From: a virus
Lineage: Duplodnaviria; Caudoviricetes
Length of the DNA: 41,408 nucleotides
Reading direction: 5' to 3' (one strand)
IMG/VR virus record: IMGVR_UViG_3300022917_000019
Location: 1 to 41,408 of that record
Part shown: positions 27,875 through 35,201 of the stretch, piece after piece
Numbering within the stretch: position 1 is the stretch's first letter
How the letters are laid out: every line of letters begins with the position of its first letter
The notes under the pieces: generated by a model
Told to the model about the DNA's origin: nothing
Seen by the model: only the letters and a program-made list of their open reading frames with translations
Database searches by the model: none
Made by a program: the position numbers and the translations under genes

Positions 27875-28114
27875 CTAGAACTCCCAACTCGGCGCGCGGC
27901 CCCGGCCCCGGCGCTTCGGCTGCGGCGTCGGTTTCGGCTGGCGCACGATCGGCGCAGGATTCGCCTCGCGCGGCTGCGGGATCTGGCCGTCGAGGCGCGG
28001 CCGTCCCCCCAGGCGTCCGTTGCGACGGCTCGCGGCGGCGCGTTTCGGGCTCTTGGTCGCGCCGCCCAGGCGTCCCAAGGCGACGGCGTGAATGTTCTTC
28101 TCAGGTTTGGTCAT
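27875..28114 (-). CDS. Small basic protein, possibly DNA-binding
   Basis: AAGGAG RBS; 'AVALGRLGG..S..RAAASRRNGRLGGRPR'. Confidence 0.6.
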   Translation of the reverse strand: MTKPEKNIHAVALGRLGGATKSPKRAAASRRNGRLGGRPRLDGQIPQPREANPAPIVRQPKPTPQPKRRGRGRAPSWEF

Positions 28115-28136
28115 TGCGTCGGTTCTCCTTTTGTCA

Positions 28137-28352
28137 TCAGACCTCGCGCGCCGGATAGATCAACTCGATGGCGTGCTCAACATCGCCTTCACGAACAAGG
28201 AAACGGAGTACGGTCCCATCCGTAAACTCGATGGCGTCGAGTACCCACTCGACCGGGTACACCACCACGTCGTCGCGCGATCCATCACCGCGTGACCACC
28301 GTTTCTGAATGACCCGCTTAATCGTCTTCCCAGCCAATACCCGCGCCCTCAT
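28137..28352 (-). CDS. Hypothetical protein
   Basis: Begins MRARVLAGKTIKRV; 'IEFTDGTVLRF'; ATGA overlap. Confidence 0.6.
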   Translation of the reverse strand: MRARVLAGKTIKRVIQKRWSRGDGSRDDVVVYPVEWVLDAIEFTDGTVLRFLVREGDVEHAIELIYPAREV

Positions 28353-28654
28353 CGCTCCAAGACCTCCACGGCCTCCAGGCGCGGCGCCACGGGCCACGGC
28401 TCGCCGTTGAAATGCCGCACCAGCAGGAACCGCGCGCCGTGCGGCGTGGTGACCTCCCCGGTCACGTCGCCCAGGAAGCACCGCCCCTTGATGTCCATCG
28501 AGACGCAGGCGCGGACAAAGCTCTGCGAGGACCGGCGGCGCAGGCGGCGCCCGCAGGCGGCGACGTTGCGGCAATAGCCGCCCGTGTTCCCGGCCTCGGG
28601 CGTGCCGCTGATCCACATGCCGCAGCGGCGGCACCGGCTCGTGGTCGTCGTCAT
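28349..28654 (-). CDS. Hypothetical Cys-containing protein
   Basis: Begins MTTTTSRCRRCG; TAATG and ATGA coupling. Confidence 0.55.
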   Translation of the reverse strand: MTTTTSRCRRCGMWISGTPEAGNTGGYCRNVAACGRRLRRRSSQSFVRACVSMDIKGRCFLGDVTGEVTTPHGARFLLVRHFNGEPWPVAPRLEAVEVLER

Positions 28655-28776
28655 TACTCGAAACTCCCCAAGATCAGCAACATCACGAAGCCGATCCCCA
28701 GCCAGCCCAGGACGGCCCACGGGCCGAAGGAGAGGGCGAGGATCAGCGTGATCATCACGATCAGGAACCCACACAT
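28654..28776 (-). CDS. 40-aa membrane protein
   Basis: MCGFLIVMITLILALSFGPWAVLGWLGIGFVMLLILGSFE; coupled on both sides (TGATG, TAATG); below the ORF-track cutoff. Confidence 0.6.
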   Translation of the reverse strand: MCGFLIVMITLILALSFGPWAVLGWLGIGFVMLLILGSFE

Positions 28777-28958
28777 CACCGCTCACCGTCCGGTATGGCG
28801 GGCGAGGGCACAAGGCGCAGGCCGCTGATGTGTTCGTAGTCGGCATAGAGCGCGAGTCGCGCGGCGTCGGGCGTGTCACCTTCGACCGTCGTCCAGATCA
28901 GATACCGCTCCCCGATGGCCCCCTTGCGGCGTCCGTAGAACTCGGCGGTGTAGCGCAT
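28776..28958 (-). CDS. Hypothetical protein
   Basis: GGAGG RBS; begins MRYTAEFYGRRKGAIG; TGATG coupling. Confidence 0.6.
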   Translation of the reverse strand: MRYTAEFYGRRKGAIGERYLIWTTVEGDTPDAARLALYADYEHISGLRLVPSPAIPDGER

Positions 28959-29410
28959 CACTTGGCCTCCCGCGCGATCCGGAACTCGGCCACGGTCACC
29001 GGGCGCGACGTGACCTGATACCCGGCAGACCGCGAGCCGTTCGGCTCGATGCGCCGGTATCCTTCGTAGCGCGGGCGTCCCGTGGCCATGCAGCCGTCGC
29101 ACGGTTCACCGACAAGAAAGCTCCAGCCGTTGAACGCGAGCGGCGGCAGCACATCGAGCATCTCGCCGTACTGCTCAGCGGTCGCGGGAAGCCATTCGAT
29201 CGGCGTCTGTTGGCGCGCGGCCTGTGCGGCGGTCCAGTCGTCCCACGTATACCGCTGGGCGTCGGGATGTTCGGCTAGAACTTCGGCCTGCGTATGGCCG
29301 TTGACCCACGTCAAGCCGTCTGGTCTGATGCTGTCGATGATGTGGTTTTCGCCGGGGATCGCGTAGAGCTCGGTCATATCGGCAAGGTTGATCTGGTTCG
29401 GTTCGGCCAT
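28958..29410 (-). CDS. Hypothetical protein, DUF1419-like motif
   Basis: AAGGAG RBS; 'TAEQYGEMLDVLPPL....SFLVGEP'. Confidence 0.6.
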   Translation of the reverse strand: MAEPNQINLADMTELYAIPGENHIIDSIRPDGLTWVNGHTQAEVLAEHPDAQRYTWDDWTAAQAARQQTPIEWLPATAEQYGEMLDVLPPLAFNGWSFLVGEPCDGCMATGRPRYEGYRRIEPNGSRSAGYQVTSRPVTVAEFRIAREAK

Positions 29411-29437
29411 TGGCGTCTAGCTCCTTGTGTGAGTCGG

Positions 29438-29635
29438 TTACTTCGTCTGTGTCGGTTTCGCGGGGACGCTGCCGCTCCCCTGACAACGCGGACAGGTGCG
29501 GGCGTAGAACCCGAGCGCGTGCGGGTTGCGCGTACTCGGCTTCCGCTGTTCGGGTTGGTAGCCTCGGCCCCAACAACGCGGGCAGGTATCAATGGGCATC
29601 GCGATCCTGTGTGGGGGTGTCAGTTTCGTTTCCAT
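29438..29635 (-). CDS. Small DnaJ-type zinc-finger protein
   Basis: CPRCWGRG...CPRCQGSG. Confidence 0.6.
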   Translation of the reverse strand: METKLTPPHRIAMPIDTCPRCWGRGYQPEQRKPSTRNPHALGFYARTCPRCQGSGSVPAKPTQTK

Positions 29636-29641
29636 ATCCTT

Positions 29642-29670
29642 ATCCTATGCGTTCAGGTTACTCGTTGCAA
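29642..29670 (-). promoter_or_regulatory. Sigma70-type promoter
   Basis: - strand TTGCAA-N17-TAGGAT, with the ATG 6 nt downstream. Confidence 0.65.
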
Positions 29671-29695
29671 GGGTGATCTGTTAGCCGTAGATGTT

Positions 29696-30220
29696 CTACG
29701 CGGAGATCGGGATCTTGCTAACGGGCCGTCGCATGCGGGCGCTGTTGTCGGGCGTCAGGCTGTGCGCCATGACAAACTCCGACAGGATGCACGTCTCCCG
29801 GCCCGTCTTCGCGCGGCGGATCACGGTCACCACCAACTCATCGCAGAACAGCCGGTCATACCCGCGCAGGTCGTGATCGAGCGTCCCGGCCGGGATGATG
29901 GCGGCGTCGGCATAGCCGTTGTTGTTGGTGCGGAAGGCCCACCGCAGGCAATCGCCGGGGCGCACGATCAACGCGAGGGCGCGCAACGTCGGCGGCGTGT
30001 AGAGGCCACAAGTGCTCCCGGTGGTGATGCTGTTCAGGTCGCAGAGGATGTCGTACTTCCCCTCGTCGGTCGCAAAGCTGCGAAACGGATCGGACGGCGC
30101 ACGCTTCGCGCGTTTGCCCAGGCGTAGCTGGGCGATGTCGCCATCAATCCACAGGGCGAACGAGTCGGCGGCGCGCATCGCGCGGATGTCGGTGGCGGTG
30201 AGGGTGCGTCGGTCGGTCAT
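29696..30220 (-). CDS. Hypothetical protein
   Basis: GAGGAG RBS; begins MTDRRTLTATDI; typical codon usage. Confidence 0.65.
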   Translation of the reverse strand: MTDRRTLTATDIRAMRAADSFALWIDGDIAQLRLGKRAKRAPSDPFRSFATDEGKYDILCDLNSITTGSTCGLYTPPTLRALALIVRPGDCLRWAFRTNNNGYADAAIIPAGTLDHDLRGYDRLFCDELVVTVIRRAKTGRETCILSEFVMAHSLTPDNSARMRRPVSKIPISA

Positions 30221-30297
30221 TGTCGGCTCCTCGGGTGGTTCCTGCCTGAGTGCAGGCGCGGACGGCTGAAGGTGTCTCCAGCCGCCCTGGTCTGCGT

Positions 30298-30678
30298 TCA
30301 GTAGTCGCCGCGTTCGTCCCACTGCGACCGGGGCGCCAGTTCCTGGCCCCCGGCGTTGTAGAGGCGCCCGCAGTCACACGCGATGCCTTCGCCGCGCGTG
30401 TCGCCGTCGAGGACCACAATGCGTCGGCAGGCGCACCGGCCCTCGGCCGGGTGCGTGTAGGCGTGGCGATAGGTCCGCACGCCTGCGTCGGTCGTGCTGT
30501 TGGTGCCTGCCACGCAGGCGCGGTAGTTCTCCAGAGCGGCAGGCTGGAGCGCGGCCACGTCCACAGTCCCGGCCGCGTCACACGCGAACGAGAACCCCCA
30601 CGATAGGGATCCGGCGTGGAGGTACTGCCGGGAGTACTCGACCGTTTCGACGCGGCGCCTGGGTTTGGTGATGGTCAT
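30298..30678 (-). CDS. Hypothetical Cys-containing protein
   Basis: GGGAG RBS; 'GFSFACD', 'CACRR..L.G....IACDCGRLYN.GGQELAPRSQW'. Confidence 0.65.
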   Translation of the reverse strand: MTITKPRRRVETVEYSRQYLHAGSLSWGFSFACDAAGTVDVAALQPAALENYRACVAGTNSTTDAGVRTYRHAYTHPAEGRCACRRIVVLDGDTRGEGIACDCGRLYNAGGQELAPRSQWDERGDY

Positions 30679-30680
30679 GG

Positions 30681-31493
30681 CTAGTTGTCTCCCTTCGGCT
30701 CGACCGGCCGACCGGCCTTGAGGATCTGGTCGGCGGCTTTGAAGATCTTCCGCGCGGAGGCTTCGGGGATCGTCTCGCCGGTCCCATACCAGTGCTGCAT
30801 GTAGCCGCGCGACTCCTCGACTCCCGGCAGGCCCCGCGCGGCCCCGCAGAGCATGGCGACGGATTCGGCCTCGACCTCGCGCAGGCTGTGCGGCGTCCGT
30901 TCGTCGTCGCGCATCGTGCCTTCGGCGGTGTGCCCAAGGACGACGTGCGCGAGTTCGTGGAACAACGTTTTTTCGGGATGCTGCGCGAGCGGCGACACGG
31001 CCACAACCCGCGCCCGTGCGTAGCCCTGGCAATTGCCATCCATCAGCGCGAAGGGCTCGCGCGCCACGTCGAGCGCGGCCAGAGCGCGATCCTCGGTCCA
31101 GCCGGGGAGCGCGGCGGGCACGTAGTCGGCGCCGTTCGTCTGGCTCAGGACAAACCAGTTATGCCGAAACACAAACCGCGTATACGCCTGCGGGGCGTCG
31201 GGCGCGGCGTCTTTGATTTTGATCGTGACCGGCATACACAACTGGATCGCCTTCTGGCCCTTGGTCACCGACCGCCCGCGATCCTTCCATCCGTGAAAGC
31301 TCGCAATCGGACCCACCGGGATCCCCCGGCTCAGGCACTGCCCCATCGCCAGTAACTGATTCCCCAAGCTGTAGCCGTGAAAGGCGCTGTACGCCTGGGA
31401 TACCGTCCCCGGATCCGTCAACGCCCGCGCAAGCAGGTCACCAAAGGTCGTCCCGTCCGCTGTCGCTGTGTCCGCTGTGACTGTCTCGGTCAT
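30681..31493 (-). CDS. ardC: ArdC-like ssDNA-binding antirestriction protein with a zincin-like motif
   Basis: AGGAGG RBS; 'YSLGNQLL', 'ASFHGWKDRGRSVTKGQKAI', 'FVLSQT', 'TLFHELAH', 'EVEAESVA', 'SRGYMQHW', 'IFKAADQIL'. Confidence 0.85.
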   Translation of the reverse strand: MTETVTADTATADGTTFGDLLARALTDPGTVSQAYSAFHGYSLGNQLLAMGQCLSRGIPVGPIASFHGWKDRGRSVTKGQKAIQLCMPVTIKIKDAAPDAPQAYTRFVFRHNWFVLSQTNGADYVPAALPGWTEDRALAALDVAREPFALMDGNCQGYARARVVAVSPLAQHPEKTLFHELAHVVLGHTAEGTMRDDERTPHSLREVEAESVAMLCGAARGLPGVEESRGYMQHWYGTGETIPEASARKIFKAADQILKAGRPVEPKGDN

Positions 31494-31589
31494 TGGCTGT
31501 TTCCTCCTGGTTGTAATACTCTGCCGTCTGGGTTTGGCTTGTCAAGCGAAAAGCGATGGACAGGACAAAAAGATTTCTAAAGATAGTTC

Positions 31590-31618
31590 TTGCATCCTAA
31601 ACGGCTAGGTGCTACTGT
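31590..31618 (+). promoter_or_regulatory. Sigma70-type promoter with a dyad in the spacer
   Basis: TTGCAT-N17-TACTGT with an extended TG; spacer contains CCTAAACGGCTAGG; a divergent TTGACA lies on the - strand at 31540-31545. Confidence 0.65.
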
Positions 31619-31639
31619 TCCGAGTGGAGGCTATAGCTA

Positions 31640-31972
31640 ATGACCAAAGCGGACGAATTGCGGATCCTGGATCGGGCGATTGCGGCACTGACGGCCGAGT
31701 CGTATCTCGGGCCGTGGCTGGCGGGGGTGCGGGCGGAAGTGGCGCAACAGGTGCGGGCGGATTTTGTGCCGACGCTGTGGCCGTCGCAGGCGGAAGCGGA
31801 GGCGCGCGAGACCATCCAGGCGGCGAACGATCGCGCGGTGGACCTGCTCACGCAGGCCGAGGCGCAGGCCGCGCGGATCGTGGGCGCGGCGAAGGCGGAG
31901 GCCGGTCGGACCCATGTGCAGGCCGTCGAGGCGCTGCGGGGCGCGCTGGCGTCCTTGGGGGTGCGGTCGTGA
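31640..31972 (+). CDS. Hypothetical coiled-coil protein
   Basis: GGAGG RBS; 'ESYLGPWL' then an Ala/Glu/Gln coiled coil. Confidence 0.65.
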   Translation: MTKADELRILDRAIAALTAESYLGPWLAGVRAEVAQQVRADFVPTLWPSQAEAEARETIQAANDRAVDLLTQAEAQAARIVGAAKAEAGRTHVQAVEALRGALASLGVRS

Positions 31973-32214
31973 GGCGGCACCGGCTGCACGCCGCCTTCTG
32001 GGCCGTGGACGGGCGGGCGGTGTGGGTCCTGTCCCGCTCAGGCGTCCGCACCAAGGCGCTCGCGCGGCGGGTCGGTGGCCTGTATGCCTCGATGCCCCTG
32101 CCGGTCGGATCTGGCGCCTGGGATGCACCTACGTTCCGCGCGTGCGCGGATCAGTTCCTCGACTACCGCGGCGAGCCGGGGACCGTGCGGGCTGATGGGC
32201 GGGTCGTGCGCTGA
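31969..32214 (+). CDS. Hypothetical protein
   Basis: GTGA overlap with the upstream gene; 81 aa. Confidence 0.5.
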   Translation: MRRHRLHAAFWAVDGRAVWVLSRSGVRTKALARRVGGLYASMPLPVGSGAWDAPTFRACADQFLDYRGEPGTVRADGRVVR

Positions 32215-32240
32215 TGGGCCTCTTTCGTCTTCTCTTCGTC

Positions 32241-32830
32241 TTGCGGCCCTTGAGTGAGGGCCGCTCAAGGGCCGCACGGGGCCGCACGGCGAAAGGCCCA
32301 GCCCCGAGGTGCGGCCCCGGGGGGGGTGGCTCGTAAGAGCCCCCCGGAGGCCGCTCCGGAGGGGGGTCCGCCCTGAAGTCTGAGAGAATTAAGACCATGA
32401 CGCACGCTGGACGCGATTTGCGGCGGTGCGGGGTCTGGGGTGACCTGTCCCCTTGCCTGCGGGGATTCAGGGCGCTGTACGGCGTCTAGAGGCCGTCTTC
32501 GGGGCTCCACGGGGACATCCCTGGCCGCTCCAGACCCCCTGGCGCGCCATCGGCCCGATCCCCCCGTCGCGGCCCCTCCACACCGCCCGCTGTGGCCGAT
32601 ATAGATATAACTGTGTCCGACCGCGATCGGACCTGTTTTCCTCATACTTTATGTAAGATGCGAAAACATTGAGGTATTCGTTGCGGCCCCTCCCCAGGGG
32701 CCGCAGTGGGGCCGCAAGGGGCCGCACCTCGCCAGACTTTCGCCTTTCGCCTAACAGGCGAAAATGGGCCGCAGGGGGCCGCAAGGGGCCGCACCCCACT
32801 AAAGTGGGGGTATGAAGTCTGAGATTATTA
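32241..32830. repeat. Two clusters of (G)GGGCCGCA iteron-like repeats; candidate replication origin
   Basis: About 12 copies in both orientations, with 10-11 nt spacing in the direct runs; each cluster is followed by TGAAGTCTGAGA (32374-32385, 32813-32824); AT-rich stretch at about 32599-32680. Confidence 0.75.
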
Positions 32831-33019
32831 GGTAACCGGCTCATTTCTGAGCCTGTTGTAAGAGTGGCCTAGGTTTCGGCGGTTTCGGGCCACGACTCCG
32901 GGCCACAATTCCCCCGTCGCGTCTCACGGATCTGGGTGATGTTAGCGCCTGGGATCGGCCGTACAGCACACGAGCCCGGCGCCAGGGGGCGACCGGGCTC
33001 GATGGGGACCGCGACGGGG

Positions 33020-33394
33020 TTAGTAGCCGTAGCGGCGCTGAGACGCTTCTTCGGCGCGCCAGGACGCCTCGGCATCGAGCTTGGCGTACCAGAGGAGCAG
33101 CGTGCGACGGCCGCGCGAGGTCTTGGCGGCTTCGTCGTCGTCCACCTCATCGACCACCTTCGCGCCTCGGCACGCCTCGCAGGCCACGTCATAGATCCCG
33201 CCGCGCCGGAAGTACTCGCCGCGCTCGTCGTCGTCGAAGGCGTCGGCAAACTCCTCTGCACTGTAGGCGTGCTGGCCGATCGACGGGGTGAGGTGCGTGC
33301 CGTAGCCGTCGCAGCGGTCACAGATCGCGCGACGGCTGGGTAGGGTGTGGGTTGTCTCGATCCCTCGGCTGTTCTCTCGGACAAACTGAATCAT
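33020..33394 (-). CDS. Hypothetical zinc-finger protein
   Basis: GGAGG RBS; 'ICDRCDGYG', 'EYFRRGGIYDVACEACRGAKVV'. Confidence 0.7.
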   Translation of the reverse strand: MIQFVRENSRGIETTHTLPSRRAICDRCDGYGTHLTPSIGQHAYSAEEFADAFDDDERGEYFRRGGIYDVACEACRGAKVVDEVDDDEAAKTSRGRRTLLLWYAKLDAEASWRAEEASQRRYGY

Positions 33395-33522
33395 TCGCGT
33401 ATCCTCCGGGCCGGAATGGCCCCAGCCCTTAGTAGATACCCTGGCGCTTAGGCTGTCAACAGGTAATCGTTAGCCGTAGGTGTCCACCGAAGCCGAGGCC
33501 AGCCGTGGCGCCTGGGTTACCA

Positions 33523-33632
33523 GGGCGAGGGGCTGCGGTACGGGGGCGATGGGGATTAGGGGATGGGTACGGGGTACGGGTACGGGGGTGAGGGGCGTAG
33601 GGGTGCTCGACTCGGATCCAGGGGTGAGGGGG
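33523..33632 (+). repeat. G-tract-rich low-complexity non-coding region
   Basis: 13 runs of 3 or more G in 110 nt, including tandem GGGTAC units. Confidence 0.75.
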
Positions 33633-33846
33633 CGAGAAGCGGAAACCTAAGGGATCGCGAACCAAGGTTCGGATCGGAAATGGGAGAAGGGACTCCTACC
33701 CCTCAGGGGGCGGCGCTGAGGGTATGGCGTTTAAACCCAGGCGCTATTGGCGCCGCAAGAGTCAAGGCTCGAGCCTAAGCGGTTAGCCTACCCCTTGACA
33801 CCGGGACTGGAAAGGAGTAGCGCGGCTGGGATACCATCGCGTCGCG

Positions 33847-34545
33847 ATGCAGACGAAACGGTATCCGGGGCCTGAGGGGGCGACGACGGTGTCGGGGGCG
33901 ATGGCGGCGAAGCAGCAGGCGACGCAGTTGCATCGGACGGCGACGGTCGTGGCGGCGCAGGCCGAGGCGCTCGTGTCGCGCGCCTGGGCGCGGCGGCGGG
34001 TGGCGCAGCGGCAGTTGTCGCGGGCGGTGGTGGAGGAGCAGATCGCGCGAGGGGCGCTGTTCGATCCGCGTCAGTTGTTCTACGCGGAGGACGGGGAAGA
34101 GGTCTACCGGACCGACGGCCCGCTGCGCGAAGACGGGTTGGGGAATTGGGCGCCTGCGTGGCGGAAGGGCGAGGTCAAGCGGACGTGGCAGGCGGGGGAT
34201 CTCAAGCCGCTGCACGCCCTCAGCGAAGCCGAGGCGCAGGCGATTACGAGTATCGAAGTCGTCATGAAAAATGCCGTCGCGGGGGACGGGCAAGTGGACC
34301 GCGTCCTGAAGATTCGGCTCGCGCCACGCGAGAAGTACGTGGAGATGGGGGCGCGTATGCATGGCATGCTGCTCGATCGCCAGGAGACGAACGTCAACGT
34401 GACCGTCGCGGGATCGCGACTGGACGAGGCGCGGCGGCGATTCGCGGCCTTGGGCTATGCGACGCCTGTGCAGCCGCTGATCGAGGCACACGCGGAACCG
34501 GAAGTGGAACCGGCGATCCCGGCAGGGCCAGCGGACGGGACGTGA
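33847..34545 (+). CDS. terS: Terminase small subunit
   Basis: 'ALFDPRQLF..DG', 'LKPLHALSEAEAQAITSIEV', 'KIRLAPREKYVEMGARMHGM'; lies upstream of terL. Confidence 0.75.
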   Translation: MQTKRYPGPEGATTVSGAMAAKQQATQLHRTATVVAAQAEALVSRAWARRRVAQRQLSRAVVEEQIARGALFDPRQLFYAEDGEEVYRTDGPLREDGLGNWAPAWRKGEVKRTWQAGDLKPLHALSEAEAQAITSIEVVMKNAVAGDGQVDRVLKIRLAPREKYVEMGARMHGMLLDRQETNVNVTVAGSRLDEARRRFAALGYATPVQPLIEAHAEPEVEPAIPAGPADGT

Positions 34546-34619
34546 GAGAATACGGAGACTCAGTGGCGTTGGACGCGCGACCGAGTCCCCTCACCAGGGG
34601 CGCGATGGAGGTCGCGTCG

Positions 34620-35201
34620 ATGGCTCATCCCAGCATACCCCCACGCACGTGTCGCGCGTGCGGCGCGTCGTTTCACCGGCCCCCGAGTGCGCGCGGCCAC
34701 TACTGCTCAAAAGCGTGTTACCACGCGCACGATTTCGTGCGGCGGCGTGTGCCGCTGCTGACGAGGCTCCTGGCGCGCGTCGAGAAACCGGACGGCGAAG
34801 ACGGTTGCTGGATCTGGACCGGATCGCGGTGCCCGCACACCGGCTACGGGCAAATCAGCCGAGGCACGGGTCGCACGCCGACGACCACCCATCGCGCGAT
34901 GTGGATCGAGACACGCGGGCCGATTCCAGAGGGGCTGTTCTGTTGTCATATCTGCGATGTCCGCGCCTGTACGAATCCGGCTCACCTATTCCTGGGGACG
35001 GCAGCGGATAATTCAGCGGATATGTTCGCCAAGGGACGCGCGCCCGCCTGCTTGTTGCCACGCGAGACACAGTGCCCGAAGGGGCACGTCTACGCGGACA
35101 CCGGTCGGTATATCAGCCCACGCGGGAAACGCACCTGTCGCGCGTGCAAGCGCGCCGATCAACAGGCGCGATGGGCGCGCGTGAAAGCGCAGGCGTTCTG
35201 A
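34620..35201 (+). CDS. HNH homing endonuclease
   Basis: GGAGG RBS; 'CRACG...YCSKAC', 'CWIWTG', 'GYG', 'HRAMW...GPIPEGL..CHICDVRACTNPAHLFLGTAADNSADM', 'CPKGH...CRAC'. Confidence 0.92.
   Translation: MAHPSIPPRTCRACGASFHRPPSARGHYCSKACYHAHDFVRRRVPLLTRLLARVEKPDGEDGCWIWTGSRCPHTGYGQISRGTGRTPTTTHRAMWIETRGPIPEGLFCCHICDVRACTNPAHLFLGTAADNSADMFAKGRAPACLLPRETQCPKGHVYADTGRYISPRGKRTCRACKRADQQARWARVKAQAF

Noticed and set aside
32241-32830. CRISPR array or mini-array
   Set aside because: The repeats are only 8-12 nt, occur in both orientations and lack regular 30-40 nt unique spacers; no cas genes are present.
33563-33778. ORF beginning MGTGYGYGGEG
   Set aside because: It is a by-product of the GGGTAC/G-tract repeats, with no supporting codon usage.
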